Below, one piece after another: positions 46,172 to 54,612 of a DNA stretch of 64,000 nucleotides; position 1 is the stretch's first letter; every line of letters begins with the position of its first letter. The DNA is taken from assembly GCA_030748735.1 (NCBI GenBank), contig JASMLK010000067.1:161-64160 (forward strand), given 5' to 3'. Made by a program: the position numbers and the translations under genes. This DNA comes from Myxococcota bacterium. GTDB taxonomy: Bacteria; Myxococcota_A; UBA9160; UBA4427. The notes below the pieces were generated by a model. The model saw nothing but the letters and a program-made list of their open reading frames with translations. It ran no database searches and was not told the origin of the DNA.

Positions 46172-47728
46172 CTAGGGCGACCTGTAGGTCGTGACTTCGC
46201 TTTTGGCCGAAGCAGGCTTGGCAATCGGGCCCGCAACGCGTTCTCGCAGTTGATCCCAGTGGCGAACGGTTTCGACCGACGCATCGCCCGACGCACCTCC
46301 CGTCGGATCGAACAGGTAGCGCTCGACCTCGGCGGGGAAGTCCGGGCCGAGAAGAAACTCGCGAAGATCATCGACGAAGTGCGTGCAGCCGAGCGCCCGA
46401 ACGCGCGCCGCCTTCGCCGCGCGATCGTCTTCGAAGTAGACGCGCCCTTCGTGGATGCCCGTGCGAGACGGGTCGACGACCTTCTGCTCGATCAACCACT
46501 GCATTGCCCTGGCGCGCAGGTCGACCGCTTCGCCACGCGCAGGAAAGCGCGTCTTGTGACTCACGATGCGCAGCTCGACGCCACGCGCGTGGAGAGTGCG
46601 AAGGGTTTCGAGGGCGCCGGGGAATGGGCGTGCTTCAGCGAGCCGCGTGCCGTACGCGACCGCCTGAAGCTCGGTCCATGCGTCGTCGAGCCCCGCTTCG
46701 AACATGGCGTCACGAACGGCTCGCTTCGCGCGCGGTGTCCGCGAGTCGATGTAGCCGCGCTCACTCGCGAGGGTGTGAAAGAGCTCGTCGTAGCAGACGA
46801 GGGTGTTGTCGAGGTCGATCCCGAGGACTGGACGTGGGTGCTCGCTCTGCTTGCGAGCCGACAGCTTTTCGAACCTGGGCTGCAACCGATCGCAGTATGC
46901 ACCCACCGCCTCGCGCCACGGACGCAGCGGTGCAATGCGCTCCGAAGAAAGAACGGTCTCGACGTTCTTGCGCGCAACCGCGGGGAAGCGCTCGTGACTC
47001 ACCGGCACCAGGTCGACGTCGAGCTCGAGGCGAGACACCACCTCGCACATCAATTCGTAGAGCGAGGCCCACCCATCGTTGGCGACGTGATACACACCGG
47101 GCGAGAGCCCGGCATCGATGATCCAACGCATTTCGGCAGCCACGTCGCGGCTGTACGAAGGCGTGGTGATGACGTCGTGTGAGATTTCGAGGCGTCGTTC
47201 GCCGTTTCGAATGCGCTCGAGCATCCGCTCGACGAACTGGTTTTCACGAGTCGACTCACCGAACAGGACCGAGAAGCGAAAGACATAGCCGTGGGGCGTG
47301 CCGGCCTGCACGAACGCATCGCCCAGCGCTTTCGTGTAGCCGTACATGTTGATCGGGCGGAGCGGCTCCGACTCTACGCAGCTGCGCCCGCGCACCGTAC
47401 CGAAGACCGCGTCGCTGCTCGCGTGCGCGAGAACGAAACCGCGCTCGCGCGACAGTTCAGCGAGTCGCCAGGGAAGCAGGGCGTTGATCGCTCGCGCGCG
47501 TTCGGGCTCGCGCGCGCAGGCATCGATGCCCGAGAAGGCCACCGCGTTCACCACGACATCGGGAGCCACGTGGTCCACCCAGTGCTGCAGTTCGACCGGG
47601 TTCTCGGCATCGAAGTCGCGACGGCTCATCCCGACGACTTCGTAAGAATGCGAGAACGCCCGCTCGACCGCGGTCCCGAGTTTCCCCGTCGATCCCAATA
47701 GCAGGAGTCTTCTCGTAGGCGATTCCAT
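46172..47728 (-). CDS. RmlD-like NAD(P)-dependent sugar reductase fused to a HAD-superfamily phosphatase-like domain
   Basis: LLLLGSTGKLG Rossmann motif at the N-terminus and DLDNT (DxDxT) HAD motif I in the C-terminal half. Confidence 0.75.
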   Translation of the reverse strand: MESPTRRLLLLGSTGKLGTAVERAFSHSYEVVGMSRRDFDAENPVELQHWVDHVAPDVVVNAVAFSGIDACAREPERARAINALLPWRLAELSRERGFVLAHASSDAVFGTVRGRSCVESEPLRPINMYGYTKALGDAFVQAGTPHGYVFRFSVLFGESTRENQFVERMLERIRNGERRLEISHDVITTPSYSRDVAAEMRWIIDAGLSPGVYHVANDGWASLYELMCEVVSRLELDVDLVPVSHERFPAVARKNVETVLSSERIAPLRPWREAVGAYCDRLQPRFEKLSARKQSEHPRPVLGIDLDNTLVCYDELFHTLASERGYIDSRTPRAKRAVRDAMFEAGLDDAWTELQAVAYGTRLAEARPFPGALETLRTLHARGVELRIVSHKTRFPARGEAVDLRARAMQWLIEQKVVDPSRTGIHEGRVYFEDDRAAKAARVRALGCTHFVDDLREFLLGPDFPAEVERYLFDPTGGASGDASVETVRHWDQLRERVAGPIAKPASAKSEVTTYRSP

Positions 47729-47857
47729 CGGCCCTCCACGCAGCGTCCTGTTCGTCGTGCGCACCCTCACCGATTCGCCTCCGATCGCATCACGCTTGAG
47801 CAGGAAACGCGCGACAGCGCTGGAATCAGAACGCTTTCACATCCGAAAGGGGGGTGA

Positions 47858-49951
47858 ATGACCACGGAAATTCAGCCCGAGCGGAAAACGCCGCCTTCTC
47901 TTCAACAAGTTGCGTATGCGATCGACCGATTGGGCTTTCGTTCACGCGCAACCTCACTCACCAACCTGGGGAATTCCTTGGCCTTCAATCCGCGTTCGAA
48001 TCTCGGCAAGAACCTGCCCCGCCTGCGGCGCAAGGACGCGGACCTCGCACGGCGTGTGGAAGAAGCGGGAGACGACGGGTTCGAACTGATCACCAGCCGC
48101 AATGGCACGACGACCGTCGCGGTCAAGGGGATTCAGCTCGCGTCCGCCTACGATCCGAGGCGCGAAGCCGCTCGCGTGGTCGACGAGGTGCTGGAAGAGA
48201 AGCCCGACCTGATCGTGTCGATCGGCTTCGGACTCGGCCATCACATCGAGGCCATCCGCGAGCGAAGCGCTGCACCGGTGATCATCTACGAACCCTGCGA
48301 AGCGAGAATGCGGGGCGCGCTGTGTGCGCGCAGTGCGCTCACGCTCTTCGGTGACCGCCAGATCGACGTGGCCTCGACGCCCGACTGGCTCTTTCACCGC
48401 CTGGAAGCCCGCTATCTGCCGGGGCTTCGGGTCCAGGTCTACATCCACCCGCCGTTGTTGGAGCTCGCACCCGACACGGTGCGCGAGGCAGTCTCGCAGA
48501 TCTCTCGCGCCAAGGACTACGTCGACATCTCCGTGGGTACGCGCGTGCGTGACCTGAAGGTCTGGAGCGGCGTCACGATGCAGAACGCCGGACTCATCAT
48601 GCAGAACCCGAGCGTGAAGGAACTCTTCGGCAAGTTCCAGGGCGTTCCCGCCGTCGTGGTTTCCGCAGGACCCTCTCTCGACAAACAACTCGACACGCTC
48701 GCCCGCTACCGGGATCGGGTGCTGGTGATCTGCATCGGGCAGGCGTTGGGGGCTTTGCGCACGGCGGGCATCGAACCCGATCTCGTGCACGTCCTCGAGA
48801 GCCAGGACGTCGCTCATCAGCTTTCACGCGTCGGGACGAGCGACAATGTCAACCTGGTGGTCACCAACGACGTCGCACCGAGCCTGTTCGAAGTGCCGGT
48901 GCGCAGTCGTTTCGTCGCGACGCCTGGGGGCGACAAGGTCGGGCGATGGATCGCCAGCTCGCTCGACCGCGAGGGTTGGGTGTTCGGCGGGAGCACCGTT
49001 GCACACGGAGCGGTCTCGCTCGCCTGCGCGCTCGGAGCGAACCCGATCATGTTGATCGGTCAAGACCTCGCCTACACGGATGGACGCCACTATGCCAAGG
49101 GGTCCGCCTATGACGACGTCGAGATCGAGTTCAGCGAAGACGGCTATACCGAAATCGACTCGCGCGGGCGCGCCGAACGACTCGGCGGCCTCGAAACCTA
49201 TGTGCCCCGACGCAACCGTGTCGTATGGGTCGACGGTTGGCATGGAGAACAGGTCCCCACCTCACCCGCATACGCGGGCTTCATCGACGGTTACCGCGCG
49301 CTCGGGGTCGGTTGTGCGTTGCATGGAAGTGAAGTCGTGAACTGCACGGAGGGCGGTGCTCGCATCGAAGGCCTGGGGCATCTCGCCTTCGAAGAAGCGC
49401 TCGAACGCTGTGCGGTCGATTCGATCGACGCCGGCTCGCTCATCACCGAAGCATACGACGCGTACGAAGCACCGGACGCCAGGGCGTTTTCGAGCAGCAT
49501 TTCTCGCTCTCGTCGCATCCTGAACAAACTCGATGCGACAGCGAGCAAGGGCATCAAGCGCTGTCGCGAGACGCTACGCGAACTTCCGCGCGCGCACGCT
49601 CCCCAGAGAAAGATCGATCTCTTGAAACGACTGGGGCGGACCGAGAAAGACGTTCAGACGCTACTGCTCGAGATGCCGTGGATCGACGCCGTCGTTCAAC
49701 CCGAGGTCAACGCATCGTCGGCCGAGATCCGGCGCGATGGCAGCCTCGAAGCCACCCCTGAACAGGCGATAAAAGAAGCACGCTTTCTCTTCGAAGCGAC
49801 CCAGAAGGGCGTCGATCGCGCCACACGATTGCTGACCTTCTGCGCCGAATCCGTCGCGGGAAAGCGCGACTTTTCGCAGGATCACGAACCCGAGGTCCAG
49901 GCCGAGCGCGACGCCGCCATGCAGCTCTCAGGTGGGCAGGCTCCCGGGTAG
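47858..49951 (+). CDS. motility-associated-factor (Maf, DUF115/MptE-like) glycosyltransferase family protein
   Basis: 697 aa with core VVVSAGPSLDKQL...VICIGQAL and Maf-like length. ATG preceded by GGGGGG. Confidence 0.7.
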   Translation: MTTEIQPERKTPPSLQQVAYAIDRLGFRSRATSLTNLGNSLAFNPRSNLGKNLPRLRRKDADLARRVEEAGDDGFELITSRNGTTTVAVKGIQLASAYDPRREAARVVDEVLEEKPDLIVSIGFGLGHHIEAIRERSAAPVIIYEPCEARMRGALCARSALTLFGDRQIDVASTPDWLFHRLEARYLPGLRVQVYIHPPLLELAPDTVREAVSQISRAKDYVDISVGTRVRDLKVWSGVTMQNAGLIMQNPSVKELFGKFQGVPAVVVSAGPSLDKQLDTLARYRDRVLVICIGQALGALRTAGIEPDLVHVLESQDVAHQLSRVGTSDNVNLVVTNDVAPSLFEVPVRSRFVATPGGDKVGRWIASSLDREGWVFGGSTVAHGAVSLACALGANPIMLIGQDLAYTDGRHYAKGSAYDDVEIEFSEDGYTEIDSRGRAERLGGLETYVPRRNRVVWVDGWHGEQVPTSPAYAGFIDGYRALGVGCALHGSEVVNCTEGGARIEGLGHLAFEEALERCAVDSIDAGSLITEAYDAYEAPDARAFSSSISRSRRILNKLDATASKGIKRCRETLRELPRAHAPQRKIDLLKRLGRTEKDVQTLLLEMPWIDAVVQPEVNASSAEIRRDGSLEATPEQAIKEARFLFEATQKGVDRATRLLTFCAESVAGKRDFSQDHEPEVQAERDAAMQLSGGQAPG

Positions 49952-51142
49952 GCCGCGCCAGCGCGTGCGCGTTGCCTTGCGTTGCACCGCGAGCCCCTGC
50001 TGGATCCAGCTGTCGATCTCCGCCACGCGCTTGTGCACGGTGTGTTCCTTGAGGGTGCGTGCCTGACCCGCTGCGGCGATCTCCGCGCGTTCGTCTTCGT
50101 GCTCGAGCAGGTAGCGAAGCTTGTCACACGCGTCGGCGAGGCCACTGAAGGTGACGACTTCCCGGCCGTCTTCGAACAGATCGGGCAGATTGGCGCCGCG
50201 GTCCGTGAGTAGGCAGGTCCCCACCCCTGTCGCCTCGAACATTCGCCGATTGCCCACATAGCCTCCGGCGCTGTCGCAGTGCACGTCGAGGGTCACGCGA
50301 GAGCGTTGCAGCAACTCGAAGTAGTCGATGCCGAACTGCGGATCGTGAACGCGCGTGTTTGCGCTTCCACCGAGTCGCGGCCCTCCCCGCCGGATTCGAC
50401 CGTTGGCGTTCAGCTGCCGCGCATAGACATCGAGCAGACCATCTTCGAGCAACCGGGCGAGATACCGCTCGCGCCGTGCATGGTCGGCGCGCTTTCCCGT
50501 CGTGCCGAGAAAAGTGGCGCCGCAGAGCGAAGCGGGGTCGAGTTTCGACGGCGCCGGCAGTTCGCACAACACCGACGGATCGAATGCGTCGTACACGAGA
50601 TTCGGCGTCAGTCCAGCCTTGCGACACGCGTTCGCGAGGGCGGGAGAAGAAACGAAGAGCAAGTCTGCACGCGCGAGTTCGCGAAGCACCGTGGGCGTGG
50701 GATTGCAGGACCCCTGCTGGATGACCAGCAGGTCGATGCTCGGCACCTGCTTCTTGATCGTCAATCGAAGCGGCGCAGGCAGGCTCTCGAAGCCCTGCAG
50801 GAAGAGGACTTCGGGTTTGTAGTCGAGGATCTGCTGCAGCAGGATCTGGCTCTTCCAGTTCTGCTCGTCGACCTCGATACCGCGTTCCCAGGCCCAGGTA
50901 CGCTGCAGGGGTTCGAGGTCGCAGAGCACCTGGCGTACGTCGTGCCCGCGCGACTTCATCGCACGCAGGAATGCCTCACCGCAGCCAACCTTCCGCTCGA
51001 GCCAACTGCGCTGTTGTTCGCTGTAGGACGCGCAGCGAAGCCCTTCGTCGTCGCGGTAGAGAAGCGAGCCGGCATCCTCGACACCACAGGACGACACCCG
51101 CATCACGCGATAGTTGCGATGGCGAAGAGGTGAATCAGCCAT
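49928..51142 (-). CDS. CgeB-like glycosyltransferase-family protein
   Basis: C-terminal RMFEATGVGTCLLTD...AAGQARTLKEHT resembles the CgeB/Glyco_trans_1_2 family. Start set at the MADSPL ATG. Confidence 0.65.
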   Translation of the reverse strand: MADSPLRHRNYRVMRVSSCGVEDAGSLLYRDDEGLRCASYSEQQRSWLERKVGCGEAFLRAMKSRGHDVRQVLCDLEPLQRTWAWERGIEVDEQNWKSQILLQQILDYKPEVLFLQGFESLPAPLRLTIKKQVPSIDLLVIQQGSCNPTPTVLRELARADLLFVSSPALANACRKAGLTPNLVYDAFDPSVLCELPAPSKLDPASLCGATFLGTTGKRADHARRERYLARLLEDGLLDVYARQLNANGRIRRGGPRLGGSANTRVHDPQFGIDYFELLQRSRVTLDVHCDSAGGYVGNRRMFEATGVGTCLLTDRGANLPDLFEDGREVVTFSGLADACDKLRYLLEHEDERAEIAAAGQARTLKEHTVHKRVAEIDSWIQQGLAVQRKATRTRWRGLPGSLPT

Positions 51143-51496
51143 CGGCGCGGTCCGCCGGGCGGGCGGCGGGGGGATGCTGGGTTCGGCGCTTGCGTTGCTG
51201 CATGTCCGAAGACCTCGAAGCGGGGAGCGGCGCACGAACGCCGCAGGCCCCCGGGCTCTCAGTTCGACGCAACTCGAGTGCAACTTGAGCGCAACGTCGC
51301 AGGGGCAGGCGAACGCCCGTTCGACAGCGAGAAAGAAACGAAGGGCGTGTCGGGCGGATCCATCCAGAGCGACCCACGCGACTACTCACACCCGACCTCA
51401 CCGCCCACGTCTCAAGCACGTTCGAACACTTCCGATGACATGGGAGTGCCCCCCGGCAGGACATCCACGCGGGAACGCGTGCGCAGGGGGGAACGA

Positions 51497-51645
51497 ATGC
51501 GAATCCTGGTGACCGGAGGCGCCGGCTAAATCGGCACCCGCCTTTCCAGGTCGCTCGTGCGAGCCATCGGGTGCGGGTACTCGACGCGCTGCTCTACGGC
51601 GGGCAGGGGCTACGTCCCGAAGTCGACTTGTGCCGCGGCGACCTC
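51497..51645 (+). pseudogene. relic of an SDR epimerase/dehydratase gene (nonsense plus frameshift, truncated)
   Basis: A strong RBS precedes ATG CGA ATC CTG GTG ACC GGA GGC GCC GGC TAA, i.e. MRILVTGGAG-stop where Y/F of GGAG[FY]IG is expected. VRVLDALLYGG...CRGDL continues in another frame and stops at the convergent gene. Confidence 0.6.
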
Positions 51646-53593
51646 AACGGGCTGCTAGCCCGGAGCTGGAAACGAAGCGATCGGCTGCGTGACGCACCAG
51701 ACGCAGGGCGTCTCGTCTCGGACGGAACGGCGCGCGCTCGAGACCCCGTCCACTTGCTTCGAGCAGGAACCAGTAGAAGCTCTCGAGGCCCGCGTGCTCG
51801 CTCAGGGTCGACGCACCTCCGAACCGCGCGTTGCATTCCACCATGCGCACCCGACCGTCCGGCGTTTCGATCGCCTGCAAGGTGCCGTGTCCGAACAGGT
51901 CGACGCAGTGTGCGACTTCCTCGCAGATCTTCGCGAGCGAAGGGGCGTCGACCACGGTCGTCACCTGCGACTCGCCGGCCACGACCGTGTCCCGCGTTCG
52001 GCACACGGTGCCGTGGACCTGGCCCGAACGGTCGCGATACAGATCGACGCTGTACTCGCATCCGCGAACGAAGGGTTGAAAGATCGGCGTGTCGAGCTCT
52101 ACGGCGAGGTCATCCGTCCGCAAGGTGGGGATGTCGCAGTGGACACCGCGCGAACCACTTCCGAAGCGATCCTTTACGACCCAGGTGGTCGAATCGGCGA
52201 GATCTTCGATTCGTTCGGCGGTGGGGATCGCCGGAAGCCCGCTCCGTTCGAGATGCCGCGCGAACTCGAGCTTGTCGAGACAGCGCCCGACGCAGTCCGC
52301 ACTGCTGACCATCACTTCGATCCCCGCGGCAGCGAGTTCGTCCCGCGCGGACGCAAACCACGCGAGTTCGCCGTCGCGCGTGGGAATCACGTAGCCGATG
52401 CCGTTGCGATGGCAGTGATCGATCAGGCTGGACACTCCCGCCTGCTCGAAGGGCGGTGACACCCAGAAGGTGTCGACGAAGTGCCGGCCGAGAGCTTCGG
52501 CATTGCTGTCGGCTCCGTGGATCCGCGCTCCGGGATCGAACTTCGCCAGTGCACGCTTTGCGCATTCGACCAGCGGTACCTTGCGGGAGACGCTCGTGAT
52601 CATCACATCCCGTGCGCAGCCCGCGGGCCCGTGGGCATTGGCGCGACGGGTTTTCCGTTGCGCCTTTTCGTAGGCGATGATCTCGCCAATCCCCGTCTCG
52701 AGGGTGGTGCCGGGAACGAAGCCTGTTTGCGCGCGCAACCTGCTCGTGTCGGCGGCCGCAGCCTCGTAGGCGATGTCGCTGTCGACTCGTCGCGCAACGA
52801 GTTCGGGGAAGTAACGCTCGAGGATCGCCACGACGTCGGCCACGGTTCGCGGTGATCCCGTGGCGAGGTTCACCACCCCCCGCGCGTCACTCACCGCGAG
52901 TTCGATCAGTCCCTTCGCCACGTCTCGGGCGAACACGTAGTCGAAGCAACCTTCTTCGCGGAACACGTCGATCGCCTCACCTTCGAGCGCGCTGCGCACC
53001 CAGCGAGAGATGACGTCCCTCGAACCGAGTCCGTAGCTACGATAGATGCGAGCCGATACCGAGCGGAACGCGGTCGACGGGTCTTCCTCGAGGAACGCCA
53101 GCTCGAGTTCGTGGTGATGCTTCGCGGAACCACAGAGGTTGCGCGGCCGGATCGGATCGTCTTCACACAGGCAGACGGGTTCGGCACCGGGCACATCACG
53201 GGTGTAGAGCCCACTGTCGTAGACCAGATAGCTCGAAGCAAAGACGACCCGTTCGAGCCCCTCCACCTCACGCATGCAGTCGATCAGGTGATGGCTCAAG
53301 GCGATGTTGTTGTGGTGGCCTTCATCCCAGAACGCCGGCGTTTCCACCGAACGTTCGAAACTCGCCGCGAGGTGGAAGTAGATCTCGGGGGCGAAGGCCT
53401 GGAGTTCCTTCGCAGTGATGTGGTTGAGGTCGCCGCGTCGGTACGCCACCGCGGCCGGGAAGCTCTCGGGGCGGGGTTCGAGATCCCCAACCCAGATCCG
53501 CGCACCTTGCTGGTGGAGAAGCGAAACGAGTTCGCGCCCGATGACGCCCGCACCCCCGCTGATGAAGACGCGCTTTCCCGCGAATGCACTCAT
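51644..53593 (-). CDS. NAD-dependent epimerase/dehydratase fused to an ATP-grasp domain
   Basis: VFISGGAGVIGREL at the N-terminus. The C-terminal half has ATP-grasp features (WVVKDRFGSGSRG...ECNARFGG). Confidence 0.8.
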   Translation of the reverse strand: MSAFAGKRVFISGGAGVIGRELVSLLHQQGARIWVGDLEPRPESFPAAVAYRRGDLNHITAKELQAFAPEIYFHLAASFERSVETPAFWDEGHHNNIALSHHLIDCMREVEGLERVVFASSYLVYDSGLYTRDVPGAEPVCLCEDDPIRPRNLCGSAKHHHELELAFLEEDPSTAFRSVSARIYRSYGLGSRDVISRWVRSALEGEAIDVFREEGCFDYVFARDVAKGLIELAVSDARGVVNLATGSPRTVADVVAILERYFPELVARRVDSDIAYEAAAADTSRLRAQTGFVPGTTLETGIGEIIAYEKAQRKTRRANAHGPAGCARDVMITSVSRKVPLVECAKRALAKFDPGARIHGADSNAEALGRHFVDTFWVSPPFEQAGVSSLIDHCHRNGIGYVIPTRDGELAWFASARDELAAAGIEVMVSSADCVGRCLDKLEFARHLERSGLPAIPTAERIEDLADSTTWVVKDRFGSGSRGVHCDIPTLRTDDLAVELDTPIFQPFVRGCEYSVDLYRDRSGQVHGTVCRTRDTVVAGESQVTTVVDAPSLAKICEEVAHCVDLFGHGTLQAIETPDGRVRMVECNARFGGASTLSEHAGLESFYWFLLEASGRGLERAPFRPRRDALRLVRHAADRFVSSSGLAAR

Positions 53594-54471
53594 TGGGCGA
53601 GGGTTCCGCGGTACTGCGAAAGGGGCCGCAAGCCATCGATTGGATCGGCTCGCCACTGTCGCTCCTCGCGTTCATACAACGTCGGTGCCTTGAGCCCCTC
53701 ACCGTCGGCCCGCAGCGCAATGCGCGTGTCGTGGATGACGTTGGCCATCGGTTCGGGGGTCCAGCAGTGCCCGACCGCGTACTCGTCCCCCGTGCCATCG
53801 AGATCGATGTGGAACTCGATCATCTCGGCACCATGGCGGTGAACTGCGCGATGGATCACGCCGGGTTCGACGGTGTGATCCGACCAGCCGACACGCAGTG
53901 CCATGTCTTCGAACTCGTTGGCGAGCGAACGCAGCGGCGTCAATGCGGCGAGGTTCGCATCGCCAGGCGTGGTGGGATAGCCCGACACGCAGTGAAGCAA
54001 GGTGAGGTTGCGACAGTCGGCGTCGTACAAGATGCGGACGGCATCGCGCACCTCTTGCAGATCCGCCATGCCGGTCGAGAGCACGATGGGCTTGCGGGTC
54101 GCGGCACAGCGACGCAGAAGGTCGGGCCACGAAAGTTCGTAAGAGGCGATCTTCAAGAAGTCGACATAGGGCTCGAGAATGTCGACCGCCTCGAGGTAGA
54201 AGGGGGTGCAGCTGAACTCGATCGCGCGTTCCTGCGCCCGCTGCGCGAGGTCGGGAAGGAACGAAACGGGCAGTTCCCATGCACGCCGTTTCCGGTGCGC
54301 GGCACTGGTGGCGAGAATCTCCGGTGCGAACAGCTCGTCGATCTTGAAGAGCTGGAACTTCACGCCATCGCAGCCGATGTCCGCCGCGCGATCGATGAAC
54401 TCGAGCGCCCGCGATAGATCGGCGCTGTGATTGCTCGACACCTCGGCGATGAACTTCGGAAAGCGTCGCAT
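53590..54471 (-). CDS. NeuB-family sugar-acid (nonulosonate-type) synthase-like protein, TIM-barrel domain only
   Basis: FIAEVSSNHSADL...GCDGVKFQ...KIASYE...STGMA...HCVSGYP. It is about 293 aa and has no recognisable C-terminal SAF domain. Confidence 0.7.
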   Translation of the reverse strand: MRRFPKFIAEVSSNHSADLSRALEFIDRAADIGCDGVKFQLFKIDELFAPEILATSAAHRKRRAWELPVSFLPDLAQRAQERAIEFSCTPFYLEAVDILEPYVDFLKIASYELSWPDLLRRCAATRKPIVLSTGMADLQEVRDAVRILYDADCRNLTLLHCVSGYPTTPGDANLAALTPLRSLANEFEDMALRVGWSDHTVEPGVIHRAVHRHGAEMIEFHIDLDGTGDEYAVGHCWTPEPMANVIHDTRIALRADGEGLKAPTLYEREERQWRADPIDGLRPLSQYRGTLAQ

Positions 54472-54510
54472 GGTTCCCCCCCGTGGAGGCGGGAATCGCT
54501 TCCCACCTGC

Positions 54511-54545
54511 GTTTCGATCCGAAATGCTCTGTTTCGAATCGAAAC
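54511..54545. promoter_or_regulatory. two adjacent 15-bp palindromic sites (GTTTCGAtCCGAAAt and perfect GTTTCGA-A-TCGAAAC), 20 bp centre to centre
   Basis: Read directly. They lie 40-75 bp upstream of the NeuB-like start and just downstream of the nuoN stop. Confidence 0.35.
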
Positions 54546-54612
54546 GTATTCGCTGCAAAACGGAGGGGTGTAGCGGGTAGTGCAATTCACATGCCCTGCT
54601 GAACGAATTCCG

